Source: Anolis carolinensis
Taxonomy: Eukaryota
DNA: 64,000 nt
Assembly (NCBI RefSeq): GCF_035594765.1
Contig: NC_085846.1
Coordinates: forward strand, 19,455,190 to 19,519,189
Direction of reading: 5' to 3'
The notes beneath the pieces were generated by a model that searched no databases, was not told the DNA's origin, and was given only the letters and a program-made list of their open reading frames with translations. The first letter of the stretch is position 1, and the number at the start of each line of letters is the position of its first letter. Positions 38,488 to 51,456 of this stretch are shown piece by piece. The position numbers and the translations under genes are program-made.

Positions 38488-39906
38488 CCCTTTACAATGC
38501 AAGTCTATGAATGCAGGCAAGTTCAAAATCTATTTGGATAGGAATTTTTCTTCAGATGTTTGGGGAAATGACTAGCTCATTTAGAATTTAAAATTTCCCC
38601 CTTCTACAATTCTTGAACAAAAATGTTTGCTCCAAAGCCTACCAGCAAAAGAAGATTGCTTCTATCAGATGGTGTAAGTTCTAATTGTTCAGTTAACCAC
38701 ATTTCCTGAGACAACTTTGCTATGAGCTTCCTCCTGATATGTTACCAAGGACAAATAAAGGTAGCAAACACAACTTCAGATTAGAATGTTTCACAGTGAA
38801 AACCATGTCTAATAAACACCCTCTCCATTGACTTCCTCTATAGTTGTCCTTTTATTTTGAATTGCTTTCACCCTTGAACACTTCATCTCTAATATTTTAT
38901 GATCAGTAACCAACATCATATTAAGTGTGTGTGTGTGGGGGGGGGGGGGATTATCATGGCCATCTTTGTCTCCTGTTTCAATTCTAGCACTCGTAGTTTT
39001 CTCTTGTGATAAGTGAATTTAATAAAACACATAACCTACCATATTGAATGACATATTATAAATATTATATATCATGTTATTCTTTACTTATTCTATAGCC
39101 CTTTTCAGACATTTGTCTGATGGCTAAAGGTAAAGAAATAGGCTAAACATAGGTAAAGAAATAGAGCTTCCTTCTCTTTCTCTGCTCCCAGAGAAAGATT
39201 CTCTATGTTAAGGGGGGAAATGTGAAAGTGCAAATCAGTTGAGATACCATGCTTTATTGCAGTTTTTGTTTTCATTGAATATTTTTTCGTTTTCACTGCT
39301 CCGACCAAGGGCCCTTCCACACAGCTAGATAACCCAGAATATCAAGGCAGATAATTCACAATATCTGCTCTGAACTGGGTTATCTGTCCACACTGCCATA
39401 TAATCCTGTTCAATGTGGATTTTATAATTTTATAGTCATGGAGTAGGGAGCTGCTCTGGAGAATTCCCCAGCTTCTTGTAATGTGAGGTAAAACAAATTA
39501 AAAAGTGCATGGTAGGATGACACTTGGACAATTTTTGAAGAGTTTGGAGGCAACAATAGGGAAGAAAGTTATGAAAGATTCCTCCTACCATTGCTACAAA
39601 CACTAAAATAATGCCTCTGCTCAAAAATAACAGCTTGGCATTCAGCATGGGGATATCTTCATTTTAGCGAAGAGTCTCATAATTACCAAATTGTAGTGAT
39701 TAACTCTGTTGCTTTCAAACCCTCCTTTGGAGTTCCAGTGGACTATGTCAAAACTAAGAATAAAGAATGGTATAAATATATTCCAGAGGCATTCGATATC
39801 AGAGCAAGGGTCTGGATGGAATCTCCTGTTTATATGGGAATTAATAGTTCCTCTGAAAACTTCAAGCTACTGAGAAATTTATTAAAATCTGGCTGTTGTC
39901 GTAATC

Positions 39907-40151
39907 ATGAAAGCTGTAGTTCTGCTTAGAGTTAGGATGATAATAATAATAGTGTTGCTGTTATTGCTGCTGCTGCTGCCTTCCATGGTTTGTAAAGGAA
40001 ATGTGGGTCAGTGTCAGGTTATAAATGACCAACTCATTTTGCACAGGTATCTTCAGTCAGGAGATCTGCTCTTGGGTGGCCTTGTTCATCACATCAACTT
40101 TCTGAAACCTTTTGCAGAAACACATGATCTGATACAGTCTGAAGATTTCTT
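39907..40151 (+). CDS. V2R E exon 1
   Basis: Poly-Leu signal peptide, [13 protein letters not shown]; TT|GTAAGA. Confidence 0.85.
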
Positions 40152-43100
40152 GTAAGAATTCCAACCCTCTACACAAACATATATCTTGTATCATCTGTAT
40201 ATATTGGGTCAAGTGCACTGCCTTGGCCTCCTATAGTACATTAGGTAATGCAGGTTTTCAATAAGGGTGATTTTTTTTAAATCCATTTCTATACACACCC
40301 CAGATTCAGAGGTGTTACTTTAAAGCAGTGATTCTCAACCTGTGGGTCCCCAGGTGTTTTGGCCTACAACCAGAAATTCCAATCAATTTACCAGCTGTTA
40401 GGATTTCTGGGAGTTGAAGGCCAAAACATCTGGGGACATATAGGTTGAGAATCACTGCCTTAGAGAAACTCTGGTGTCAGTGAAGACAACCATATGTGAA
40501 AGCCTGTGACAATGTTGTTTGCCCAAGGCGAAAGTTAATAGCATAGTGACTAGAGTTTGCTATTTTTTTTTCTTACAACCAACACTTATACTGTAAAAAT
40601 ATTATAGTTGACCAGTTTTCTAATGGTGGTTTGGTCAATGATAACTCCTTCTGGTGGACAGACAGTATAGTCCAACTCCATGAAAACAGAAAAGTTTAGT
40701 TTCTTTTTCCTTCACTGAAATGTAAAATGAACTTACTTTGGTGAAATATTTTTTACTGGATTTGGTGATTGTGCTGCCTTTCTTACCTTGCTCTCATGAA
40801 TAATGTTACACGGGCACTGTATTGCTAAATTAATGAAAATCATGGACAATGTAGTGCAATTATTTTATACAAGGATAATGTTATAAAAAGGCAGGAAATA
40901 TTTGTGACATGCTGTGGAAATCTCATTGCAGCGTAACAACTCAGAATTGCCAAAACATCCTTGCCTTTGTATCTGCCATAAAGGAAATTAATGAGAATCT
41001 TAACATCTTGCCCAATGTCTCCCTGGGATTTCATATTTATGATAGCCATGCGAACACAAAGTGGAGTTACCATGCTGCGTTGCGACTAATTTCTCCAAAA
41101 AATCACTTCATTCCAAACTACAAGTGTGATACTGAGGACAATCTTATTGCAGTTGTTGAAGGTCTTGACTTGGAATCATCCCAACAAATAAAATATATTC
41201 TGGACATCTATAAGATTCCTCAGGTGAGATGTGTGTGTGTGTGTGTGTGTGTTCACACTTTGTGGTTTTTTTTTTCCTTTAGAGTTTGGTTTATTGTATA
41301 GAATCAATGGGCCTTCTTTCTTCTGGGGGCTCATCTACATAGTCATCAAAATCTTGGGTCGGTCCAAAGCATTTTGCTCTGGGGCAGTCCTCGATTCCAT
41401 GGAGCTTTTCAGAAGCTTCTCCTTGACTTCTCAACTGTTATTTGTTTCAGTCAGTATTTCTTGATGGATTTCCAAACTTTTTGCTCCTATCATGTTGGAA
41501 GGTTGAAGAAGAAAACGTCTTTTTCTCTGTTCCTTGTCTTCCAGTTTTGATGTCATTGCTTGACTAATCCACTTTTAGCAAAATGAACACTATGACTTGT
41601 TTAAGTATAGGAACCAACTTGAGGCAAGATAGTGTCCATTTGCTATGTTTTACTTATATGCTTCAGATGATCAACTGCATGATTGACAGTTTGCTTTCAA
41701 GCACAAAGGGCTGGTTATGACCTATAAAGCTCTATATGTCATGGGTCCAGGCTGAGGCTGTATACATTATAAGATCCTAAGGGAAATTTTTCTCTCAGAC
41801 TTCTCAATGGCTAGTCCCAGACTCTCAAAAGTGGCTGGATTGACCCTCTCTCTGCTATTTTTTTATTTTATTAATAAGCTATTCTTTTTAGTGGAAGTGC
41901 TCAGCTTTTATTTTCTTCATTGTTTTATAATGTATATGATAATTTTAAATTGTCTAGCTAGGGACTCAGGGTGCATCTACACTGCAGAATTAATGCAATT
42001 TGATTCCAATTTAACTGCCTTGGCCCAATGTTAAAGAATCCTGGGAATCACGTTTTGGCAGAGAAAGCTTGCAAAACTACACAAGCCTATGAGTCCAAAG
42101 CATTGAGCCATGGCAGTCAAAGTGGTGGCAAACTGCAATAATTCCATAGTGTAGCCACACCCTCATATATTGAGAATGGCAATGCTGATCTGGAGTGGGG
42201 TACTTTACATCAATACCACTGAAGTCCAAACAGCTAACACCTAGCTGGCTTGGGGGCTTGCAAATGTCAAAGGTGGCATTAAAAATGTAGAGTTAGAGTT
42301 ACAGTGGACAATTATGTCACCTGCTATTCTCACATTCTAACATGTGGTTGAAAAAAAGGTACAATAGGGGACGTATTTCCTTTTGAAAATCATTTTATCT
42401 ATCCTTCAATTACCAACATATGTTTAGCTTTTATATGGTTCAGCGATGATGGATGATAATCAACAGCTTCCCCTCTATCCAATGGTCGCAAATGAAACCC
42501 AACAATACAAAGGGATTCTCCAGTTACTTCTCCATTTCAAATGGACATGGATTGGATTGTTTACTTCAGTTGGTGTGAATTTAGAATGGATTCCTAAGGT
42601 TGTGGTTCCAGAATTTTCCCAGCATGGCATTTGTTTTGCCTTCTTGGACACAATTCCCCATTTTCAGATAGGTTTGTATAAGGTCATTGAAAAATTTAAA
42701 GCACAAGTCTCTGAGAGAATCATGACAAGCTCTGCCAATGTTTTTGTCTTCTTTGGAGATCCTCATTCTGTGTTGATTTTCACTTGGTTCATTGGCTTGT
42801 CTGGCATGAAAGAAACAATGCACAAGGCAAGAGGTAAGGTATGGATCTTGACAGATCAGCTGGAATTACAATATTATAGTAATATGGGGAAATTGAGAGA
42901 TGATGTACCAGTATTTCAAGGGGCTCTCTCTATTGCTGTCCATTCTAATGAACGCCCAGGATTTCAACCATTTATTAAAAATTATTCTTATAGCACAAAA
43001 GAAGATGGTTTTATCAAGGACTTTCCTGGTGTTATCCCAAATTCCCTTTTAGGCACCAGCAATGTAGATATGTCTAATGAGGAAGAGACACAGTATGATC

Positions 43101-46100
43101 TTTTTCAGTTTGTTTTAAAAAAACACATTGCTGGGCACAGCTACACAATCTACAATGCTATTTATGCTGTAGCTCATGCTCTACAGATCATGCATTCATG
43201 TCAATCCAGAAGAGGAAGTGGACAGAGGAAAAAACTTCTAAAGCAAGAGCCATGGAAGGTAATGTCATGTCTTCTCATGTTGTTTGTATCCTTTGAGCAT
43301 GATAGATAGCCAGATCACCCCTTCCTTCTACAAGTTGTATGTTTTATCTTGCAAATGTCAGCAATCACATCCAAGGATAACCAATAATTCTTTTGAGCTG
43401 TGGCCAAAGAAACAATAATTACAAGACCACCAAGATAAAAGAAGTAATCCAGCTGGGTCAAACCATGTTGTCCCCACTGTATGTTTCAGATTCCATCCCA
43501 TTGATGCAATGAGACGGAGACAGACAGTGGATGCTGTGGAGTACTGCACTCTACATCAGTATCGGGGGGTTTTGCCCATGTAGATGCACCCTATGATAGT
43601 AACAAACCTTAAACATATGGACAAATCATGGGTTTAATGAATACACACTAGCACACATGACAAAGGGAAAAACTGATAGAGACAAAGGCACAGACACATA
43701 TACAGAGGGAAATGTAACTGAATATTTTTTTTAAAAAACTACCTTAACGTAGTTGATTTTACAGCTGTTGCAAACATTCAGTGGCCAGAGATCCCTCCAT
43801 AGTTAAGGGAATTAGCATACAAGAAGTTGGTTTCATCAAGGACTTCTGGTCATTTGCCTTTCTTGGTGTTATCTAAAATTCCCTTTTAGGCAGAAGCAGT
43901 GCAGATATGTCCAGTGGGGAAGAGCAGTATGATGGAATTATGTTATATGAATTATATTATGTGAAAATCCTTCTGCAGATCTGAAGCAGGGTAACTTTTC
44001 ATATGTAGAAGTGGAGGTTCTAAGATACATGATTTGCCCTGTGCACTTTACCTTGTGTAGTTTGCCCTGTTATACATGGGCCAAATAAAAACATAGTCAC
44101 CCTGAACCTGCTGCAAAGAGTCCATACAAAGTGCACTCAATTTTATAGCATAAGCACTGCTTCCAGATTTTAATCTGGCATAAGAAAAATAATTTTGTGG
44201 AGATAAAAGATAGGGTATAAACAAATAGAAGAAGAGGAGGAGGAAGAGGAAGAACCACTACCACCACCACCATTTACTCCAGAGTTTCCAGGAAACTGCA
44301 GAATGACCCCCAGTGTTTTGAATGTGTAGACAGCTGGATCTGAAGTGATATAGTATTCACTTGCCAAAAGATCCACCACTGTTTTGATATCCAAAAGCAG
44401 TTCCCTGACAGAGACTTGCTGTCAATATTGCTTCTAGTGATCACATGGCTGGGTGCCTTGTTGTGACTTCACCATAAATGACATTGCTAGCAAAGATCTG
44501 CCAGGGATCCACTTCTGGCTGCTGAAACAGCAACATCAACCTTCATGAGAACAGGGCTGTGATACTGATGTGCTGTGTCAGCCTGGCCAGCCATATAGAC
44601 TAAAAAAAAAGGCTTTGAGAGACTACCATGCTAGTACATGTGAATTCTGAGAGTTGTAGCCAGGGCAACTCCTGAATAGACTATTCCAGAATATTCCAAC
44701 TGGGTGGTTTTGATTATGTATGTATATTGAAGGGTTGAATAGACTTAGCTGGGATTTCAAACCCTGTAAACATGGTGATATTTATAAGAATACACAGGAT
44801 ATAGATTGGTATGTAGCTAAGAAACAGATTTGGCTTCTATTTTCATCTTTTTATTAAATAAACCCACACCTATCTTTCCTTCCCCATATAGCTCCATCAT
44901 TTTCTGAAGCAGGTTTCTTTTAACAACAGTGCTGGAGACAAGATTTCCTTTGACCAGTATGTGGTGCTAATAACAGATTTTGATGTAATAAACTGGGTCA
45001 CACTTCCAAACCATTCTTTTGCCAGAGTAAAAGTTGGAAGCATAGATCCAAAGGCTCCTGTAGGCCAAGGATTGATTATTAATGCATCTGGCATTCTGTG
45101 GTACAACGGGATTGAACAGGTAAGAATTGAATGCAATCATTCATGATCTTTTTTCAAAAATAAAGATGCAACTACCCTGCTCCTTCAAAAATAAGACATA
45201 CCCATAAATAAGTCATAGCAGAATTTCTAAGCATTTGCACAATATAAGCCATACCCTGAAAATAAGACATAGTGATAGGCGTGGCTATGCAGCGTACAAG
45301 GCCGGCTGTCCCATCTAGCAACAGTCAGTGAGTCTCTCTCACCCCACACAAACACCAGTAAGCTGCTGCTCTCCAGCACTGACTAGCAACAGTCTGTGGG
45401 TCTCTCTCACCCCACACAGGGGGATAGGGGAAAAACTTTAGCAAGCAGAGATCATCCCATAAATGCAGATTGTTGTACCATACTTGATAAAAAAAATAAG
45501 ACACCCCTGAAAATAAGTCATAGTGTATCTTCTTGAGGAAAAAATAAATTCAGATAATGTCTTATTTTCGGGGAAACAAAGTATTGAATAGAAATGTCAA
45601 GAATATTCCCAAATTGCACCAACCATAACACATAAGAATTCCTCAACATGAATTTATGTTATGAATGGTTTTGTACATTTTCCAGTGATTTTCCACATTT
45701 ATGGACTTTTGTGAAAATTTTATGTCCACACTCACATACAGAGGCCATCTACATTTTATTTTTCTTCATCTTCAGTTGTACAAAGAAGTTCTGAAATGTC
45801 AAAATCATTTTAAAATGTTCAAAACTTCTCATTACCTCAAATAGCAGAAAGATTCCTAGATTTTTTTATTCATCTGAAAATAACAATAACTGTAACAGTA
45901 ACAATAATAATTTATATTACATATCTCATATATAAATAAACATATATACACATAAAGAAAACTGATGACAATGCTCATTCTTACAGGAGGGTGTCTATTT
46001 GCTGCTTTTCAAATAACCAGCTTAGGGATGGTTTGAAGTAATGCATTTTACATTCATATGTTAAAGCTTATAGATCTAACCCAGTTTCTTCTAGGTTATC

Positions 46101-47306
46101 TCGATCAACCCATTCCTGAAAACATCTGAACTGAGAAGGAGAAAAAGAAAAAATTAATTGTATCAAATTTATTTGTTTCCAAATGTCTAAAAGGATCTTA
46201 TGGCATCTTAGAAACCAGAATGTTTGAAGTTTAAAATAATTGCAGAAACAGCATTTTTGATTACATGCTGGCCATCTGTGTATTGTATGAAGTTCTTTTC
46301 TGAACCTTAATCATTCCCATGCATTGTTCTGAAGAGTAACTTTCATTCTTACCATTGGTAAATTAGGTACAGCTCCTTTCTGTGTGTAATGATAAATGTC
46401 ACCCTGGTTACCACAAAGAAAAGAAAGAAGGGGTGGTGTTCTGCTGCTATAATTGCATTCCATGTCCAAAAGGAAAGATTTCTGATCAGTTTGGTGAGAA
46501 TTTTACTTTCAACACCCCTTGCCTGCAACAATTCCAAACCAGTGCAAATGAGCTTTCAAAGTTAAAGAGACATTTGTTACAAAAGAGGGAAATAAACAGT
46601 TGAGTCCTGATAGGGCTCCATAGATGGTAGTGGTTCCTTTAAACATGTTCAAAAATGATCTGGAATTAGTCTCAGACATAATTCTTATGATCCCATGTTA
46701 TTTATGTTGTTTGACCAAAAAACGGGATGTGGCACATTGAAGAGGTTCGAAAAAAATCCTTCACACGGGGAGAATAACAATGAAAATTAATGAAATTAAT
46801 ACATTTGGTTGACTGGTTGCTGATACAATATCCTCAGAGCAGTGAGTTGATTGGATTTCCTACAACTCAGCAGATGGTGCAGGCATTTATTTGCTATGCA
46901 TCTTTTGAATTTAGCCTTTTTCAAAGAAAAAGACAAAAGAACCACAAATAGAGAAATGAATGAAATGATTTACAGGGATAGTTATATATCTTAACCAGAA
47001 TCTTAACCAGATTCAAATCCCTGCTGAAAAGTTTCTGAAAAAGACATGGAATGAGGGGTTGTTGGTGTTGTTATTATTGTAAGAGCAGTTTTAGGCAACA
47101 TATTCAATTATTTAATCAGAACTGTTAACAAAACCAGAAACAGAATTGTTTTATAATTGTAACTGGAGTATGAAATGCTATAGTACAGGAACTTGTACAG
47201 TTTCACAAGGAGATCAGTGAAGCTGTTTTTTGTATTATTTTCTCAATATCAATTTCAATGTTATTGACAAAAACCATCAACATGTACCTGGCTGAAATGG
47301 TGACTG

Positions 47307-47348
<42 letters not shown>

Positions 47349-47455
47349 TTATGACACAGCAAACAAGATAGATATGCTGGATTTCATATCACAAAATCAC
47401 AAGTTGAACACTTCCCAAGTGTCTAGGACTGTGTGATGTATTTTTGGATGATGCG

Positions 47456-47509
<54 letters not shown>

Positions 47510-49535
47510 TGTAGTAGTAGTACTAGTATTTCTTACTCACCTATCCTTATGGATTAATGCAAGAAACAACAACATATTAAAATACAACATATACAATCAA
47601 TTTAAACCCAAAACACAGTAAAAATACTTTTTTTTACTGCACTCATATACTTATTAATATGCACATATTAAAACACCTAGTACATAATGTGAAAATCATA
47701 ACTTAGAAATCATCTTGAGATAAGCCATAAAACCTCTTCTTGTACAGTCTTGTGACAGCTGAAGAAAAAGTAATTTTGGGCCCTATCTACCTGGACCATA
47801 TATTCCGAAATGGGTGAGAACTGTTTACATGTCATGTGGGATCCAATGCAGTGCATAGCCCCAAACATGGAGCACAGTTGTGGAATTCTTAGAAACTCAC
47901 TTAAATCTCAGGAACAGCCCTGAACTCCAAGGTGGTGTGAACAATTTGGTTATTTCTAATTCTGAGCCATTTCTTGTGTTCACATATACCAGTATGACTT
48001 TGTTTGCATTTCGCGGCCTAGGAAAAATTGGATCACAGTTACTTGTATCTTTTTCTGTTTGTTTGTTGCCACAGTGGGGAATGTAGAGCTCAAAAGTCCC
48101 TTTGCTAATGTCATCAAAGGTGCCTATATCAACACAGTGGAACTCCATGGCTACCACTACATTGACCAAAAATGACACAAGTAAGGGTGGTTATCCAGTG
48201 GGGTTGAACCAGGTTCACCCCTGCTGGATACTTTGGATTCTATCCTGCATTCATAGCAGGATGGAGATGGACGCTGGGGTTGGTCTGGGGTACTGCCACT
48301 CCAGACTGACATCCCATAAAGTGACCCGAGTAACTGCTGCCAAGCTAGTCCTGGCTGAATGAAGTAAATGTCTCCCAGTGGGCCTGAATGTAACAAAACA
48401 AAATTAAGAATGAGAAGATGGCTAGGCATTGTTGTTCTTTTCTGTTCCCTTACTCAAGCAGGCATCTCTACTCCGTGGTTATCAATCTCGCCTCCATTCC
48501 CAGATGTTGATGTAGATTGAGAAACTGAAGAAATAATAGCTATTGAGTTTTATGTTGAAATTAATTGACCATGTAATAAATTTCATTAAGTAATAGTGCA
48601 ACCTTTCTTTTTCAGATATGACCAACTGCTTTCAATGCCATGAAGATCGCTATCCAAATAAATACAGGAATGCTTGCATTCCCAAAGTAGTGACCTTCTT
48701 ATCTTTTGAGGAACCATTGGGTATTGGTTTAACCTCTTTGACTCTTTCCTTTTTGTTGATGACAATTCTGGTGTTTGGGATATTTTTGAAACACCGTAGC
48801 ACTCCCATTGTCAAAGCTAACAACGAGACGCTCACCTACAACCTTCTCTTCTGTCTTTTTCTGTGTTTTCTTTCTGCTTTGCTATTCATTGGCCATCCTA
48901 GGAAGATGACCTGTCTCCTCCAACAAGCTGCTTTTGGCATTGTCTTTTCAGTTGCGATTTCTTGTGTATTGGCAAAAAATCTCACAGTGCTCTTAGCATT
49001 TATGGCAACCAAACCAGGATCCAGATTAACTAAGTGGATAGGTAAAAAACTGGCCAATGCCATTATTCTGTCCTGTTCCCTAATTCAAACAGGTTTGTGT
49101 GCTGTGTGGCTGGCAACTGATCCCCCATTTCCTGATCTGGACATGCACTCAGTGGCTGAAGAAATTGTACTGGAATGCAATGAAGGCTCAGTGACCATGT
49201 TTTACTGTGTTTTGAGTTATATGGTCTTCCTGGCAATTGCTAGTTTTACTGTAGCCTTTCTAGTCAGGAAGTTACCCAACAATTTCAATGAAGCTAAATT
49301 TATCACTTTCAGTATGCTCATCTTTTGCAGTGTGTGGTTATCCTTTGCTCCGGTCTATCTGAGCACGAAGGGGAAATATGTGGTAGCTGTGGAGATCTTT
49401 TCTATCTTGACTTCCAGTGGTGGTTTGCTGAGTTTCATCTTCTTCCCCAAATGCTACATTATTGTCCTGAGGCCTGAGCTGAATAATAAAGAACAGCTCA
49501 TCAAAAGAAAAGTACCTCTCCCTATAACTCAGTGA
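39907..49535 (+). CDS. V2R gene E, intact but divergent, ~880 aa (870 aa from ATG 39937); join(39907..40151,40932..41223,42428..43258,44892..45119,46367..46493,48616..49535)
   Basis: Exons of 245/292/831/228/127/920 nt sum to 2643 nt in frame; GT-AG throughout. Confidence 0.9.
40326..40457. mobile_element. Palindromic hAT MITE (same family as 2911)
   Basis: CAGTGATTCTCAACCT..AGGTTGAGAATCACTG. Confidence 0.82.
40932..41223 (+). CDS. V2R E exon 2
   Basis: [17 protein letters not shown]|GTGAG; 292 nt. Confidence 0.92.
41969..42162. mobile_element. PIF/Harbinger-like MITE (relatives ~3835-4095, 22225-22400, 35925-36093, 57330-57523)
   Basis: GGGTGCATCTACACT..AGTGTAGCCACACCC; 3-bp TSD TCA. Confidence 0.7.
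42428..43258 (+). CDS. V2R E exon 3
   Basis: [29 protein letters not shown]|GTAATG. Confidence 0.92.
43814..43933 (+). pseudogene. Intronic partial duplicate of gene E exon 3
   Basis: Aligns to ~42992-43099; reads [27 protein letters not shown]. Confidence 0.85.
44892..45119 (+). CDS. V2R E exon 4
   Basis: [18 protein letters not shown]|GTAAG; 228 nt. Confidence 0.92.
45175..45581. mobile_element. Degenerate pogo/Tc2-like MITE
   Basis: AAAATAAGACA subterminal repeats, TGTCTTATTTT at the right end, TA flanks. Confidence 0.6.
46367..46493 (+). CDS. V2R E exon 5
   Basis: [22 protein letters not shown]; 127 nt. Confidence 0.92.
47347..47455 (-). mobile_element. 5'-truncated R4-clade (Dong-like) non-LTR element inside a (TAA)n microsatellite
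   Basis: Minus strand reads [10 protein letters not shown] plus a short 3' UTR; (ATT)n on both sides (47307-47348 and 47456-47509). Confidence 0.7.
48407..48541 (+). pseudogene. Intronic relic of a V2R exon 6 (ICL2/TM4/ECL2)
   Basis: Reads [43 protein letters not shown]. Confidence 0.82.
48616..49535 (+). CDS. V2R E exon 6 (7TM)
   Basis: TTTCAG|AT ATG; 7TM ending at TGA. Confidence 0.95.
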
Positions 49536-49678
49536 AATACATGGTAGCTGTGGAAATCTTTTCCATTTTATCCTCCAGTGCTGGGCTGCTGGGTTTTATT
49601 TTCTTCCCCAAATGCTATATTATTGTGTTAAAGCCAGAACGGAACATAAAAAAGCAACTAATAAGGAGGAAAAATTAG
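49535..49678 (+). pseudogene. Second copy of V2R TM7 + C-tail directly after the gene E stop
   Basis: Reads [47 protein letters not shown], in the -1 frame relative to gene E. Confidence 0.9.
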
Positions 49679-50535
49679 GACATTGCTTGATTCCACATAC
49701 GATTTTATAAGTTTTTACTCATTGCTGACAAACTTCCTGTCACAACTGAAGCATGATTTTGCTGACATTTATAACATCCTGAAAAATGTAAATGTAAAGA
49801 TCTTATTAAATATTCTAACTGTTGAAAAAAAATGATGTCTGGATATCTTACGAGTTTTTTCTGTTTAGCAGTTGGGAACTTTGCACAAAGATCTTTGTAC
49901 AGAATTTTGTGTAAATGAATATATTGGATAAAAAAAATCCCTGAAATGTAGAATACCATTGAAAACAATGGGAAAATCCTCTCATCAAAGGGGGAATAAT
50001 TTTAATGCTCTGGTTTTATGTTAAATAAATGCAGAGATTCCTATTGTAAGCATACTTTGTTAACTCGAAATGGCTAGGCATTGTTGTTCTTAAAATGGAA
50101 AATTAATCCATAGTTTAGTGTTAGTTTACAAACTTGGTTTGTTTAAACCCATACTTCTTCTAATTTATGATATCGCTAACAAGGGTATTTGTTTCAAAAG
50201 GATGGGGACAAGAGCATGAGACACAAAATATTCATTCATTTTTATTATTTGGGACAGTAGCAATAAGAAAAGAAAAGGAGATTATCAGGTAACTTTTTGC
50301 AAAAAGCATGAACATTTGTTATATTTTGGCCACTGTAGAAAAGCACCAAGTAAAGACATTGGGAATCTGTCAAATGGATCTGGATAGCATATAAGACATC
50401 TCACAATCATAAGGGATGGACCTTGCACCATGGCAAGCCCTAGGCATTTCTCTCAGGGCAAATTGCTGTTACATGTGGCAGAGGCCAACTCCACTCCCCA
50501 TGAACTACCACATGTGATGGAGGCCATCAGTGCTC

Positions 50536-51091
50536 CATAGAATCATAGAATCATAGAATCATAGAATCATAGAATAGTAGAGTTGGAAGAGACCACATGG
50601 GCCATCCAGTCCAACCCCCTGCTAAGAAGCAGGAAATCGCATTCAAAGCACCCCCGACAGATGGCCATCCAGCCTCTGCTTAAAAGCTTAAAAGCCTCCA
50701 AAGAAGGAGCCTCCACCACGGCCCCGGGGAGAGAGTTCCACTGTCGAACAGCTCTCACAGTGAGGAAGTTCTTCCTGATGTTCAAGTGGAATCTCCTTTC
50801 CTGTAGTTTGAAGCCATTGTTCCGTGTCCTAGTCTGCAGGGCAGCAGAAAACAAGCTTGCTCCCTCCTCCCTTTGACTTCCCTTCACGTATTTGTACATG
50901 GCTATCATGTCTCCTCTCAGCCTTCTCTTCTGCAGGCTAAACATGCCCAGCTCTTTAAGCCGCTCCTCATAGGGCTTGTTCTCCAGACCCTTGATCATTT
51001 TAGTCGCTCTCCTCTGGACGCTTTCCAGCTTGTCAACATCTCCCTTCAACTGTGGTGCCCAAAATTGGACACAGTATTCCAGGTGTGGTCT
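50536..51091 (-). mobile_element. 5'-truncated CR1 LINE
   Basis: ORF2 C-terminus [37 protein letters not shown]; octamer tail (ATTCTATG)x5; 8-bp duplication at 50678-50693 shifts the frame. Confidence 0.95.
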
Positions 51092-51320
51092 CAAAACATC
51101 ACATGTGTTGATCAATGACATTCTCTCTGGCATTCTCCAGCCCATCAAACGCGGCTGGGCCCAACTGCACTCCCTATGGATCATCACATATGGTGGCCAA
51201 CTGCATCCCTGATAGAAAAGAGTCGAAGCCCTGCCTTCCAGGTCAATCAACAGTAGGTAGTTTCACAGACCATCCAGAAGTATGAGATAAACATGTGAGC
51301 CAGCTACCTTGACAGTAGAC

Positions 51321-51456
51321 CAGTGGTTCTCAACCTGTGGGTCCCCAGGTGTTTTGGCCTACAACTCTCAGAAATCCCAGCCAGTTTATCAGCTGTTAGG
51401 ATTTCTGGGCATTGAAAGCCAAAACATCTAGGGATCCAGCAGGTTGAGAACCACTG
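51321..51456. mobile_element. Palindromic hAT MITE
   Basis: TIRs; TSD CAGTAGAC/CTGTAGAC. Confidence 0.85.
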
